This document shows positions 47,089 through 57,362 of a DNA stretch of 64,000 nt, piece after piece. The position numbers and the translations under genes were made by a program. Numbering within the stretch: the first letter of the stretch is position 1; the number at the start of each line of letters is the position of its first letter. Source of the DNA: Deltaproteobacteria bacterium (GTDB lineage: Bacteria; Desulfobacterota; Syntrophobacteria; BM002); contig JAJDNB010000037.1 in assembly GCA_022340905.1 (NCBI GenBank), positions 2,150 to 66,149 on the forward strand, in the 5' to 3' direction. The notes under the pieces are model-generated. The model was not told the DNA's origin. It worked only from the letters and a program-made list of their open reading frames with translations, and ran no database searches.

Positions 47089-48432
47089 TCATTGTTTTGT
47101 ATCACCTATCTTTCTTACTTTCAACAACAAATTTTCAACCCCAATTATCTCCACCCTGGTACCAACGGGCACTATGTCCTCGCAGGTAGCGTTCCACAGT
47201 TCGCCGTGGACGAACACCTTGCCCTCTGGGGCCAAAGGCTCTTTGGCAACCGCTACTTCGCCGATCAACCCTTGATATCCGGTGCGAGGCTTGGCCATGT
47301 GGGCCCGGACAGCCAGGAAAGCCACAGCCATGAAGAACCCTGAGATGACTAGTACTGCGGGAATCAATACGCTCCAAGAAACCCGCAAACCGGTATTCCC
47401 GGTATTAAAGAGCATAATGGATCCCAGGGTTAGACAAATAACACCCCCTATGCTGAGTAAACCGTAGCTGGTTACTTTGATCTCCAGCAGAAATAGAATG
47501 GCGCCCAATAGGATCAACAACAACCCAGCATAGTTTACTGATAGGGTCTGGAATGCGTAAAAGGCAAGAATAAGGGAAATTCCACCAATGACACCAGGGA
47601 AGATAGCGCCCGGATGGGAGAGCTCGAAATAAAGGCCTGCTAAACCAATGAGCATCAGTATGTAGGCGATATTTGGGTTGCTTATGGTTTTGAGAATCTT
47701 ATCTCGCAGATTCTCCTGGACTCGTTCGATGGAGACCCCTTTGAGGGCCAGCTTCTTTTCTCCTTCTTTGGTCTGCACCGGCCAGCCTTCTAGTTTGAGC
47801 AATAGATCGTCCATGTCTTTGGCCATCAGATCAATGACATTCAGCTTGAGTGCCTCTTTAGCAGTTATCGACACGCTTTTTCTGACCGCCTCTTCGGCCC
47901 AGTCAGCATTGCGACCTCTTCTGTTGGCAATGGACTTGATGAACGCCACCAGATCATTGACCATCTTGGTGTTCATGGTCTCGTCCATCTCCTTGCCCCC
48001 AGCCACAACCGGATGAGCGGCGCCAATGTTGGTCCCTGGCGCCATGGCAGCAACATCGGCAGCCATCACCACAAACACACCTGCAGATGCAGCCTGGGCG
48101 CCGCTGGGCGACACGTAAACCACCACCGGAATCGGGGCGTTCATGATGGTCTTCACCATGGTTCTCATGGAGGAAACCAAACCACCAGGGGTGTCCAATT
48201 CAAGCACAATGAGCACTGCCCCATCTTCCACTGCTTGTTGTGTCCCTCTCGCCAGAAAAGCCGCAGTACCCGGGTTTATACTCTCCTCGATACGAATTAC
48301 CGTTACGCGGTTGCCAGTCGCCGCGGAGAGTGAAATGTTACAGGTCATCAGAACCATAAGAAACGAACCAACCAGAAAATAGAAACCCATTCTCAGTCTG
48401 GCAGTTAATTTCGCTACAAACCGCATTGTCAT
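47089..48432 (-). CDS. nfeD: NfeD family membrane-bound serine protease (long form)
   Basis: [22 protein letters not shown], a TM bundle and an OB domain (VHGELW); paired with the SPFH gene. Confidence 0.94.
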   Translation of the reverse strand: MTMRFVAKLTARLRMGFYFLVGSFLMVLMTCNISLSAATGNRVTVIRIEESINPGTAAFLARGTQQAVEDGAVLIVLELDTPGGLVSSMRTMVKTIMNAPIPVVVYVSPSGAQAASAGVFVVMAADVAAMAPGTNIGAAHPVVAGGKEMDETMNTKMVNDLVAFIKSIANRRGRNADWAEEAVRKSVSITAKEALKLNVIDLMAKDMDDLLLKLEGWPVQTKEGEKKLALKGVSIERVQENLRDKILKTISNPNIAYILMLIGLAGLYFELSHPGAIFPGVIGGISLILAFYAFQTLSVNYAGLLLILLGAILFLLEIKVTSYGLLSIGGVICLTLGSIMLFNTGNTGLRVSWSVLIPAVLVISGFFMAVAFLAVRAHMAKPRTGYQGLIGEVAVAKEPLAPEGKVFVHGELWNATCEDIVPVGTRVEIIGVENLLLKVRKIGDTKQ

Positions 48433-48515
48433 TTCCTTTCTCTATCTCCTAGACCAGAATCGGCCTTTCTGCCATTATCACTAGAGGTACTGCAAAAGCT
48501 CCCAGGCCAGCATCC

Positions 48516-49244
48516 TTAGCTATCCCCCTTGTGTAATAGAGACAGGAGCAATTGGACATCCTTCCAAGCCTGGCGCTTCTGTAGAGGATTGCGGAGAAGA
48601 TATGCAGGATGGTAAGTGGGCACCACCGGAATACCTTCAAACTGATGTACCTGGTTTCTCAATCTTGATATTGGTTGCTGGGAGGAAAGCAGAAATTGGG
48701 CGGCAAAACTTCCCAGGGCCAAAATGGCCTGGGGGCGAATGGCCTGAAGCTGGCGGCGAAGGAAGGGACCGCAGGCTTCGATTTCATCTGGCAATGGGTC
48801 TCGGTTCTTCGGTGGTCTGCACTTGATCACGTTGCAAATGTACACCTCTTGGCGTCGCCACCCCATTGATGCGATTATGAGATCGAGTAATTTACCGGCT
48901 GGACCTACAAAGGGCCGACCCATTCGATCCTCTTCCCGACCTGGTCCTTCTCCAACGAGCACCACTCTCGCTGAGGGGTTACCTTCCCCAAAAACAATAT
49001 GGGTCCGATGAGAGTGAAGTCTGCAGCGGATACATTCTCCCAGATCGACCCTTATCTCATCCATGCTCTCCGGCTGAGCCTTAATGGTAGTTGCCCACTT
49101 TGATGGCAACCATTCGAGACCCATTATGGCCTGGTAGCTGAGATGCTGGCGAAGGGAGGTTGCCAACCGTGCAAGCTCTCGGCGAGTAGATCGCATCACC
49201 TCAATGTTATCACGGGTTTTTTCATCCTGGCCGGCAAGGCTCAT
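48516..49244 (-). CDS. Uracil-DNA glycosylase, family 4
   Basis: CIRCRL, VGEGPG, PFVGPAG, NVIKCRPP and TYHPAYLLR motifs. Confidence 0.94.
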   Translation of the reverse strand: MSLAGQDEKTRDNIEVMRSTRRELARLATSLRQHLSYQAIMGLEWLPSKWATTIKAQPESMDEIRVDLGECIRCRLHSHRTHIVFGEGNPSARVVLVGEGPGREEDRMGRPFVGPAGKLLDLIIASMGWRRQEVYICNVIKCRPPKNRDPLPDEIEACGPFLRRQLQAIRPQAILALGSFAAQFLLSSQQPISRLRNQVHQFEGIPVVPTYHPAYLLRNPLQKRQAWKDVQLLLSLLHKGDS

Positions 49245-49387
49245 ACTATACCTTATCCCAGATAGGCCCTAAAGTCGCTTTTCTACACCGGTAAATAGAG
49301 CTACGTTTGTACGTTTTTCCTCGACAGAGAGATGCACCCTCGGGGTTAATACTTTCGGACTCCCATTATAACAGGTTTTAAAAATCC

Positions 49388-50605
49388 CTAAGAATCGACA
49401 TGTTTTTGCTTTTGCCACAGACGTTCCACGCGATCCCATATTTCCATGGCGATTGCTTCTTTGCTCTTCTGAGATAGGTTTTCCACCTCATCTCCCGGCC
49501 ACACGATGGTCACTTCATTGGTATCACTTTCAAAGCCTGTATTAGCTGCAGTAAGATCATTTGCCACAATAAAATCCAGGTTCTTCTGGCGGAGTTTTAC
49601 CTTTGCATTTTCAAGCAAATTTTCCGTCTCGGCGGCAAATCCTACGAGAATTTGCCTCTGCTTCAATTCACCGAGACGCAGGAGAATATCCTCAGTCTTT
49701 TCCAACTGCAGAGATTCGCTGACCTTTATCTTTTTTATCTTTTCTGGAGCCTTTTTCTTTGGCCGATAGTCGGAAACTGCCGCCGCCATTACCACCGCAT
49801 CCGTCTGGGCAAATTGGTCCACTACAGCCTCATACATCTCCTGAGCACTCGTAACCCGAATCAGTGAAACTCTATGAGGTGGTGCTAGAGAACATGGTCC
49901 GCTGACCAGAGTGACCTCAGCTCCCCTCCATTTCGCTGCCCGGGCCAGAGCATAGCCCATCTTTCCAGATGAGGGGTTGGTCAAATGTCTTACTGGATCC
50001 AATGATTCCTTAGTGGGACCGGCTGTCACCAATACTCTCTTCCCTTGTAGGGATTGCGGTGTCAACGCTTGTTGGATACATTCTAAAATGTCGTCCACAG
50101 GCGCCAACCTGCCTAAACCTCGAACTCCGCATGCCAGGTCACCGGCTTCGGGACCCACTTGATGGAATCCCCAACCCCTGAGTCTGGCGAGGTTCTCCTG
50201 AACTACTTGACTTTCGTACATATTCACATTCATGGCTGGACAAATAATCTTGGGAGCGGTGCAAACCAATAGGGCGGTGGTCAAGTAGTCGTCGGCAATT
50301 CCGTGCGCCAGTTTTCCAATTATGTTGGCTGTAGCGGGCGCAATGACAGCCACTTCAGCGTCCGTAGCGACCTGTATGTGACCAATTCGTGATTCCGCCT
50401 CTAAATCGAAAAGATGAGTGCATACGGGCTGTCCAGAGAGTACCTGGAATGACAGGGGTTGCACGAACTCCATAGCGCTCTGGGTCATGATCACCCGCAC
50501 TCTTGCCTCTGCCAGAGCCAAAAGTCGGGTTAATTCCAGGGCCTTATAGGCTGCGATGCCTCCGGTTACTCCCAAGAGAATCTTGCGGTCCTTTAGTATA
50601 GTCAT
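49388..50605 (-). CDS. coaBC: Bifunctional phosphopantothenoylcysteine decarboxylase/ligase
   Basis: GVTGGIAAYK, PAMNVNM, TAGPT, SSGKMG, AAVSDY and GFAAET motifs; the track extension is repeat-derived. Confidence 0.97.
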   Translation of the reverse strand: MTILKDRKILLGVTGGIAAYKALELTRLLALAEARVRVIMTQSAMEFVQPLSFQVLSGQPVCTHLFDLEAESRIGHIQVATDAEVAVIAPATANIIGKLAHGIADDYLTTALLVCTAPKIICPAMNVNMYESQVVQENLARLRGWGFHQVGPEAGDLACGVRGLGRLAPVDDILECIQQALTPQSLQGKRVLVTAGPTKESLDPVRHLTNPSSGKMGYALARAAKWRGAEVTLVSGPCSLAPPHRVSLIRVTSAQEMYEAVVDQFAQTDAVVMAAAVSDYRPKKKAPEKIKKIKVSESLQLEKTEDILLRLGELKQRQILVGFAAETENLLENAKVKLRQKNLDFIVANDLTAANTGFESDTNEVTIVWPGDEVENLSQKSKEAIAMEIWDRVERLWQKQKHVDS

Positions 50606-50630
50606 AGCTTCCTCTTTGCCTTTTAACTTC

Positions 50631-50708
50631 ACCACAGAGGGCACAAAGAGCACGAAGGCATTCTCAAACATAAAATAACTACTTTGTGTACTTTGTGATC
50701 TTCGTGGT
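50631..50708. repeat. Family A element, copy 8
   Basis: accacagagggcacaaagagcacgaag ... ctttgtgtactttgtgatcttcgtggt. Confidence 0.9.
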
Positions 50709-50725
50709 TAAGCTTGCTTCTGACC

Positions 50726-51205
50726 TCAAGGCATAGCCCCCGCAATCTGGGGTGCTACCCAGATTTCAACTGCGGTTTTCAGGGGATACTCGGCAATGCT
50801 AACTAAGCAGCTGCGTTGATCCTTTTCGAAGTTCAGGATTACCCGGCGATAGCGAAAACTCGATTTTAGAACCCATCCGTCCTTGGGCATATGAGTGGTA
50901 AAAAAATTAACCAGTGACTCACCCTGCACATAGCCCTCAAAGACCAAAACACCGGCAGAAAAGGAAGGCGTACTGTAGACAAAAGAATCCTTCTTGTTGA
51001 GGGAAAGCTCTGCGGGAATTAAGATGTCTGCAAAGTCATAATAAACAGGAGCAGGGCCTTTAATCTCACTTTTCTTCTCTTGAGTCTCCCCAGAAGTATC
51101 TTCAGATTTTTGAAAAGCCGCACACCCGGAGCCAACCAGGAGAAGAAGGGAAACCAAACAGACTAGCCAAACTCTCCTCCTTACAACACCACTATCAATT
51201 GTCAT
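50726..51205 (-). CDS. Hypothetical lipoprotein
   Basis: Lipobox LLVGSGC; YYDFADILIP...M..DGW...F.K..RSC...EIWVAP. Confidence 0.78.
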   Translation of the reverse strand: MTIDSGVVRRRVWLVCLVSLLLLVGSGCAAFQKSEDTSGETQEKKSEIKGPAPVYYDFADILIPAELSLNKKDSFVYSTPSFSAGVLVFEGYVQGESLVNFFTTHMPKDGWVLKSSFRYRRVILNFEKDQRSCLVSIAEYPLKTAVEIWVAPQIAGAMP

Positions 51206-51240
51206 ATCTTTCCCCTCCTTGCCGTTAGCCCTTTGCTTAA

Positions 51241-51759
51241 TCATAGTTCCTTGAATACGAGGGCTGAAAGAGACTTACGGTCGGATTTCTGCTGCCCATG
51301 TTTAGGGTGTCCAATAGCGAGAACGGCCATCAGTTCATAGGTTCCGGGCGTCTCTAGGATCTCCCCCACTCTCTCTTTGTTCTTCAAGATTTCGCCAAGC
51401 CAGACACCTCCCAGACCCAAAGCATGAGTAGCAAGCCACATATTCTGTAAGCAGGCACCTATCCCCTGACAGTCCTTGGTACGGTCATAGCTATCACGAT
51501 TATCGATAAATACTGCAATAATCACAGGAGCGTTTCGAATGATCTCCCGGTAGCGGGTTTGCTTGGCAATCTCATCTTTGACTTTTGCATCTCGAACAAC
51601 GGCGAAACGCCACGGCTGGTTGTTGAGTCCAGAGGGAGCCCAACGACCAGCCTCTAGGATGGTTTGGACATCGTCCTTGCCCACCGCCTCATCCGTATAC
51701 TGCCTTACGCTTCTCCGAGAAAATATAGCTTCCAACACAGCTTGACCAGATTTACTCAT
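51241..51759 (-). CDS. Nitroreductase family protein
   Basis: RRSVRQY, APSGLNNQPWRF, QNMWL and GLGGVW motifs. Confidence 0.94.
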   Translation of the reverse strand: MSKSGQAVLEAIFSRRSVRQYTDEAVGKDDVQTILEAGRWAPSGLNNQPWRFAVVRDAKVKDEIAKQTRYREIIRNAPVIIAVFIDNRDSYDRTKDCQGIGACLQNMWLATHALGLGGVWLGEILKNKERVGEILETPGTYELMAVLAIGHPKHGQQKSDRKSLSALVFKEL

Positions 51760-51806
51760 GTGCTCTCCCGTGTTCTCACCCCTGACCTTAGGCCAGTAGG
51801 AATTGA

Positions 51807-51905
51807 ACCACAGAGGAAAGAGATCACGGAAGCAATTCCAAATATTTAAGTACTTGAGATTGCAATTTTACTTAACTGTTTTGTGGTCTCTGTGTGCTCT
51901 GTGGT
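51807..51905. repeat. Family A element, copy 9 (in a predicted 5' UTR)
   Basis: accacagaggaaagagatcacgga ... tttgtggtctctgtgtgctctgtggt. Confidence 0.75.
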
Positions 51906-51927
51906 TTAATTGCTTGATATTTTTCAG

Positions 51928-51956
51928 ATTATAGCGATATCCAGCAAACCCGTCAA
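51928..51956 (-). promoter_or_regulatory. Sigma70 promoter for the nitroreductase-lipoprotein-coaBC genes
   Basis: TTGACG-17-TATAAT. Confidence 0.75.
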
Positions 51957-52133
51957 TGATTAAGGCAGAACGCACAGTGCAGGGCGTCTTTTTATCTCTT
52001 CCGCGGAAGGGTGAATAGTAATTGGGTTAAGAATCAGGAGTTAGAATCGAAAAATCAGCAATAAAGAAAATGAGCGACTCTTCAGTTTAACCGACTCGCT
52101 ACCGAGTTTTGAATCCAACCCCCCAGTCGAACG

Positions 52134-52793
52134 CTATGCGCTCTGCGCTTGGCGTTTGAATCGCAGTGCATTGATCACCCCGTGGCAACGGCAGGCCGTG
52201 GCCACTAAGATGCTCTTCTCGGAGCATCTCACCGCCTCGAGAAGCAGCCACAACGTCGATAACTTATAGCCACCGACTCCTGGCGCTAGTTGACGGCTGC
52301 GCACCACCAGGGTCTGATAGCCTGGAACCTCTATTTGCTGGATAAGGTCATACAAATTAGCTTCACGAGGCTTTCGAGTGACGCTACACATTTCTTTTGG
52401 CTCTTGACAGTCATCGGGACAGAGAAAGGATGCAAAACTCCCGTAGAGAACCCCTCCTTTGCCTCTCGTGGGGTTGGGAATTTCCTGGTCGAGAACTGTG
52501 GGGACGACAAGTGGTATAACCGTCCCTTCCTTGGCCAACTGTTGACAGAGATAGAGGAAAGCAACATGTTCGGGAATTGCTGGGATAATCCATTCATCTC
52601 CCTTACCATCTTGCGATAAAAGAAAGTCAACAGCATCTTGTTTCAGGGGCTTCATAGGCTCATCCCTTAGGTGAGCCAATGCATCATCACGGTAGTCCAC
52701 CACGAGCACCTTACATCCCTTTTTTTGCTGCAAAATGCGCTTCGCCGCTAGAGAGCCAAAATGTCCTGCTCCAAGAATCCAGAAAGATTCCAT
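52134..52793 (-). CDS. Hypothetical protein with an N-terminal Rossmann-like motif and Cys clusters
   Basis: ILGAGHFG; CPDDCQEP..C; S.QLAPGVGGY; TACRCHGV. Confidence 0.75.
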   Translation of the reverse strand: MESFWILGAGHFGSLAAKRILQQKKGCKVLVVDYRDDALAHLRDEPMKPLKQDAVDFLLSQDGKGDEWIIPAIPEHVAFLYLCQQLAKEGTVIPLVVPTVLDQEIPNPTRGKGGVLYGSFASFLCPDDCQEPKEMCSVTRKPREANLYDLIQQIEVPGYQTLVVRSRQLAPGVGGYKLSTLWLLLEAVRCSEKSILVATACRCHGVINALRFKRQAQSA

Positions 52794-52888
52794 ATATCCT
52801 ACCCCTTTATTGATCTTCATTATTCTAACAACACGAGATAGCAAACAGCAAACTGTTACATCCCAACACTAGCCGAGGCGGGCGGAAG

Positions 52889-52917
52889 TTGACACCCCCT
52901 CTTTTTGATCTTATAGT
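52889..52917 (+). promoter_or_regulatory. Sigma70 promoter for tatD-maf-yggS
   Basis: TTGACA-17-TATAGT. Confidence 0.75.
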
Positions 52918-53082
52918 GCAGCGGAATCGCAGGAAAGCTACATGCAAGTATGAAATACCAAGCGTGAAACAGATTTCAATCAACAGATAAGGTGACGTGC
53001 ATATCTCCTGTGAGACCTAAATCGAACTTGGCATCTAGTATTGCATATCTCAGATCACACACCTCACATCCAGAAAATAAAC

Positions 53083-53916
53083 ATGTTTGTAGATACCCAT
53101 TGCCATCTTGACTCCGACGATTTTGACAATGATCGAAAAGATGTCATTGCCAGGGCAAAAGGGGCTGGAGTGCAGCAAATTGTCGCCATCGGAATCGACG
53201 TGCCCTCTTCTAAACAGGCCATCGCTTTGGCTGAAGAGAACGGTGAGATTTTTGCCACCGTAGGCATCCATCCCCATAATGCCAAGGTCCTCACTTTCGA
53301 AGACATCCAGGAGTTGCTAAGCTTGGGAGGCAAACCACAGGTTGTGGCATACGGAGAAATTGGTCTTGATTTCTTCCGCAACCATCAGCCCCAATCTGTA
53401 CAAGTTGCTTGCATGGAGGAACAACTCAATTTGGCCCATCAGTTAGGATTGCCCGTAGTCATTCATAATCGCCAAGCTCATAAAGAGATTCTCCAAATCT
53501 TGCGCAAAAATGAGGTCTGGAGAATAGGCGGCGCCATGCACTGCTTTTCAGGCGACTGGTCCTTTGCGAAAAAATGTTTAGATCTAGGTTTGTATCTCTC
53601 CATCGCAGGACCCGTCACCTTCAACAAATCACAAATCCTGCAGGAGTTGGCCCAGAATTGTCCCCTTGAGCGATTACTTATTGAGACAGACTCCCCCTTT
53701 CTAGCTCCCGTACCCAAACGTGGCAAAAGGAACGAACCCGCTTTTTTAGTTTATACGGCAGAAAAAATTGCATCCTTGCGAAAGCTCTCTGTGGCTGATA
53801 TAGCACGGCAGACCAGCTCAAATGCTCGCCGGCTTTTTAAGCTACCAACTCCAGATGAATCATCAGCGGCAATTAGGGTTAACCACAAAGAGCACAAAGG
53901 AAATTTGAGATTTTAG
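53083..53916 (+). CDS. tatD: TatD family DNase
   Basis: DTHCHL, GIHPH, GEIGLD, IHNR, HCFSG and ETDSPFL motifs. Confidence 0.95.
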   Translation: MFVDTHCHLDSDDFDNDRKDVIARAKGAGVQQIVAIGIDVPSSKQAIALAEENGEIFATVGIHPHNAKVLTFEDIQELLSLGGKPQVVAYGEIGLDFFRNHQPQSVQVACMEEQLNLAHQLGLPVVIHNRQAHKEILQILRKNEVWRIGGAMHCFSGDWSFAKKCLDLGLYLSIAGPVTFNKSQILQELAQNCPLERLLIETDSPFLAPVPKRGKRNEPAFLVYTAEKIASLRKLSVADIARQTSSNARRLFKLPTPDESSAAIRVNHKEHKGNLRF

Positions 53917-54026
53917 ATTTAAGATTGTAGATTGAGGCAGGTAGGAACTAGAAGATTCCCCAATCTGCAATCTACGATCAACAATCGAAAATTATATCTC
54001 TTTGTGATCTTTGTGTTCTTTGTGGT
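53882..54026. repeat. Family A element, copy 10, with a nested 7-bp inverted element
   Basis: accacaaagagcacaaag [gattttagatttaagattgtagattg ... caatctgcaatctacgatcaacaatc] ctttgtgatctttgtgttctttgtggt. Confidence 0.85.
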
Positions 54027-54067
54027 AGAAATCCTTAATTAATAGCATCGCCACCGTAAAGACAAGC

Positions 54068-54673
54068 ATGATCGAAGATACAAGAAATGCGGACTTTGTT
54101 TTGGCTTCGGCTTCACCGCGGCGTCGACAACTCTTGACTCAAATTGGCCTTTCCTTCCAAGTCGTTCCCAGCAAAATCGCGGAAATCAACCATGGTGGTA
54201 TGAAGCCACATGTGCACGCCACCCACTTTGCCGAGGCCAAGTCCAAAGAGGTGGCCAATCGCCACCCGGACAAATGGGTTCTTGGGGCAGACACCATTGT
54301 TGTAAGTGATGAGGAGATCCTAGGAAAACCTGCCGACTTCACCGAAGCCTCATCAATGCTTTCTCGACTGGCTGGGAGAAGCCATCGCGTTATCACTGCT
54401 ATTTGCCTCGTACACTCTGGAATGCAAGTGGTGGAGAGTGAATGGGTTGAGACCAAGGTCTTCATGAGAAGCCTCAGTGTGGAGGATATCGAGGGTTATA
54501 TTAGAACAGGTGAACCAATGGACAAAGCGGGTGGTTACGGCATCCAAGGCATTGGCGGCTGTCTGATCCAGCGGATCGAGGGCTCTTACTCCAATGTGGT
54601 CGGACTGCCTTTGTGCGAGACATTGGAGCTGTTACGTCGTCATGGGGTCGTTGATCCCTTTAGCGAGTACTGA
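54068..54673 (+). CDS. maf: Maf family nucleoside triphosphate pyrophosphatase
   Basis: LASASPRR, GADTIV, LGKP, DKAGGYGIQ and NVVGLP motifs. Confidence 0.95.
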   Translation: MIEDTRNADFVLASASPRRRQLLTQIGLSFQVVPSKIAEINHGGMKPHVHATHFAEAKSKEVANRHPDKWVLGADTIVVSDEEILGKPADFTEASSMLSRLAGRSHRVITAICLVHSGMQVVESEWVETKVFMRSLSVEDIEGYIRTGEPMDKAGGYGIQGIGGCLIQRIEGSYSNVVGLPLCETLELLRRHGVVDPFSEY

Positions 54674-54721
54674 GGGATCAATCGCGGCTAAAAGCCGCTC
54701 CCACAAAATTTGGATAAACAA

Positions 54722-55408
54722 ATGTCAATTGCAGAAAATCTTTCGCGGATCGAAGAAAGAATGGCGGAGGCGGCCATACGCTCGGGCCGTGCACCTGGCT
54801 CGGTCAAACTTGTAGGAGTAACCAAGACTGTAGATCTGGACCGGATTAAAGACGCAGTCTCTGCAGGCTTACAAATACTGGGCGAAAACTACGTCCAAGA
54901 AGCCCGGGACAAGATCAGGGAACTCAAAGACCGAGTGAGTTGGCATTTTGTAGGCCGATTGCAGACAAACAAAGCAAAATATGCAGTAAAACTCTTCGAC
55001 GTAATTCAGACGGTTGATTCACTTAAGCTGGCACAAGAACTAAATCGCCGTGCCCAGCCATTGGGCCGGACGATTCCCATCATTATACAGGTAAACTTGG
55101 CCAGCGAGGTAAGTAAAGGAGGAGTTGAGCCGTCAGAATGTCTTTCCCTAATCAGACACGTCTCCGTGCTGGAAAACCTTCAGATCCGAGGGCTTATGAC
55201 TATGCCCCCATTCTTCCACCAACCTGAGCGGGCTAGACCCTATTTTGCCCAGCTGAGAGAAATGAGTCAAAAAATAGCCGAGGCGCAGGTGGCAGGTGTT
55301 GAGATGAATGAATTGTCCATGGGTATGTCTGGAGATTTCGAAGCAGCTATTGAGGAAGGGGCAACCCTGATTAGGGTAGGAACTGCTATTTTTGGGGAGC
55401 GACCGTAA
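54722..55408 (+). CDS. yggS: PLP homeostasis protein
   Basis: VTKT, GENYVQE, WHFVGRLQTNK, GLMTMP, LSMGMS and RVGTAIFG motifs. Confidence 0.96.
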   Translation: MSIAENLSRIEERMAEAAIRSGRAPGSVKLVGVTKTVDLDRIKDAVSAGLQILGENYVQEARDKIRELKDRVSWHFVGRLQTNKAKYAVKLFDVIQTVDSLKLAQELNRRAQPLGRTIPIIIQVNLASEVSKGGVEPSECLSLIRHVSVLENLQIRGLMTMPPFFHQPERARPYFAQLREMSQKIAEAQVAGVEMNELSMGMSGDFEAAIEEGATLIRVGTAIFGERP

Positions 55409-56138
55409 GCCTCTGGCGCATGGTCTCATATAAAGCCATTGCCCCTGCTGCCGCCGCATTTAGTGAATCCAGTCTCCCGTGCTGGGGAATTGATGCGTGC
55501 AAATCACAGGTCTGCCTTATGAGCGGTCGAATACCCTTAGCCTCACCCCCTATTACCAAAGCAGTGGGCTGGCAAAGATCCAGTTGGTAGATGGGGCGAC
55601 CCCCTTCCAAGATCAAACCCACCACCCATATCCCCTTCTCCTTCAATAGGGCTAATGTTCGCCTTAGGTTAGTTACCCGGGCAACCTGACAATGCTCAAG
55701 TGCGCCTGCAGAGGCTTTGGCCACCGCTGCTGTTAGCGGTGCCGCCCGATCTTTGGGCACTACCACCCCATGAACTCCACAAATATAAGCCGTACGAATC
55801 AAACTGCCCAGGTTTTGAGGGTCTTCAATTCCGTCCAATACTACAATCAAGGCTGGGCCTCTAGCCAGAGAAACCTCAACAATGGTCTCAATCTCCACAT
55901 ATCCATAGGGGGAGAGAAAAGCTATGATTCCCTGGTGTCTGACCGTCCCTGCCTTGGCTTCCAAACGTTGGCGATCGAAGGTTCGAACCTTAATCCCAAG
56001 CCCCCGCGCTTGGGTAAGGATCTTGTTGACCTTGGTGCTGGATCCGCTTCGACTAATCCAGATTTCTCTTACCGTATGGCCCCGGGTGACCAGAGCTTCC
56101 TGGATAGGGTGAATACCGTAAAGGATCTCGTCTGCCAT
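55386..56138 (-). CDS. rlmB: 23S rRNA (Gm2251) 2'-O-methyltransferase
   Basis: HQG, LDGIEDPQNLG, KASAGA, GGEAKG and SLNA SPOUT motifs. Confidence 0.93.
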   Translation of the reverse strand: MADEILYGIHPIQEALVTRGHTVREIWISRSGSSTKVNKILTQARGLGIKVRTFDRQRLEAKAGTVRHQGIIAFLSPYGYVEIETIVEVSLARGPALIVVLDGIEDPQNLGSLIRTAYICGVHGVVVPKDRAAPLTAAVAKASAGALEHCQVARVTNLRRTLALLKEKGIWVVGLILEGGRPIYQLDLCQPTALVIGGEAKGIRPLIRQTCDLHASIPQHGRLDSLNAAAAGAMALYETMRQRLTVAPQK

Positions 56139-56220
56139 AGAATAACTATGTTTGTTGTTAACAAATGTTTTGGCAGCAGATTTCGGGTTTCAGAACTGCA
56201 CAACCTTGGCGATCTGTTGT

Positions 56221-56835
56221 TTATTCTAGGTGTAAAAGATCTTTGACCTGCGGCAACACAACCTCTCTTTGGTAGTGCGCAGCCAAAATGATAGTCTTTA
56301 AAGCCTCCACCGCCTCATCGAGATCATCATTGACGACCAGATAGTCATACCAGGAAGCTTCCAGCAGCTCTCCCATAGCGTTTTCAAGCCTGGTCTCTAG
56401 ATCATCCCCTTCTTCGGTACCCCTCTTGAGAAGTCTTTCTTTTAAAGTCTCACGGTCAGGCGGCAAAACAAAAATGAAACACGCATGGGGAAAGCGCATC
56501 TTGACTTGACGAGCACCCTGAACATCTATTTCCAGAAGTACATCCTCGGCTCGGCGCCGTTGTAGTTCTAGCTGGTCTGCGGAGGTGCCATAATAGTTTC
56601 CGTGGACAAAGGCCCATTCCACGAAAGAGCCCCCCTGCCTCATGGTAAGAAACGTTTCCTCTGATACAAAATGATAGTCTCTGCCCTCACGCTCTCCATG
56701 GCGCGGCGGTCTTGTGGTGTGGGAGATGGAATATGCGAGCCGGGGGAGCTTCTTCCTTACATTCTCGCGCAAGCTCGATTTTCCCACCCCCGATGGTCCA
56801 GATAGTACGAAGAGTTGTCCACTGGACTGCATCAC
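56221..56835 (-). CDS. gmk: Guanylate kinase
   Basis: [27 protein letters not shown] and LEIDVQG motifs. Confidence 0.97.
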   Translation of the reverse strand: MMQSSGQLFVLSGPSGVGKSSLRENVRKKLPRLAYSISHTTRPPRHGEREGRDYHFVSEETFLTMRQGGSFVEWAFVHGNYYGTSADQLELQRRRAEDVLLEIDVQGARQVKMRFPHACFIFVLPPDRETLKERLLKRGTEEGDDLETRLENAMGELLEASWYDYLVVNDDLDEAVEALKTIILAAHYQREVVLPQVKDLLHLE

Positions 56836-57107
56836 TTTGATTTGCTATCACCGTCCTTGCCGATTGAATCAGCCATGAACCGTTGGGCAATTGTCTCAGC
56901 CTGCACCCCAGACAATATGACATGGTTGCTGTCGGTAATAATGATCGCCCGAGTGCGGCGGCCCATGGTGGCATCAATGAGTTTTTTGGACATCTTGGCA
57001 TCTTCTTTCAGACGCTTCATTGGTGCAGATCCTGGGGAAACGATTGCAACCACTCGATCCGCCACCACCGTATTGCCAAAGCCGATGTTTAAAAGTTTTC
57101 CCTCCAT
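56832..57107 (-). CDS. remA: DUF370 / RemA family protein
   Basis: [24 protein letters not shown] and HVILS motifs; yicC-remA-gmk synteny. Confidence 0.92.
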   Translation of the reverse strand: MEGKLLNIGFGNTVVADRVVAIVSPGSAPMKRLKEDAKMSKKLIDATMGRRTRAIIITDSNHVILSGVQAETIAQRFMADSIGKDGDSKSK

Positions 57108-57173
57108 CTCAACCCCACCTTCTGAAAAATGGCTCACTGAACCGGTTGCCTCAGTAAATTAACCCAACTCGAC

Positions 57174-57359
57174 CTAGCCCGGATATTTCATGAATCACCT
57201 GCTGCGACCAAGGATATGGCCGTCCTTCCTGGCGTCCTCGGGTGTTGGCCCCTGCGACGTACCGTTCAGGTACGCCTCGGAGCCAACCCCCTGTGGTTGC
57301 CAGGTGGCACGCCCATCTTTATGGTCTCGCGACTGCAATTCATGAAACATCCGGGCTAG
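57174..57359. mobile_element. 186-bp MITE, copy 4 (same orientation as copy 2)
   Basis: CTAG-CCCGGATATTTCATGAAT ... ATTCATGAAACATCCGGG-CTAG. Confidence 0.9.
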
Positions 57360-57362
57360 ACC

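Noticed and set aside
55386..55408. 23-bp convergent overlap of yggS and rlmB
   Set aside because: Short tail-to-tail overlaps are common, and there is no further signal.
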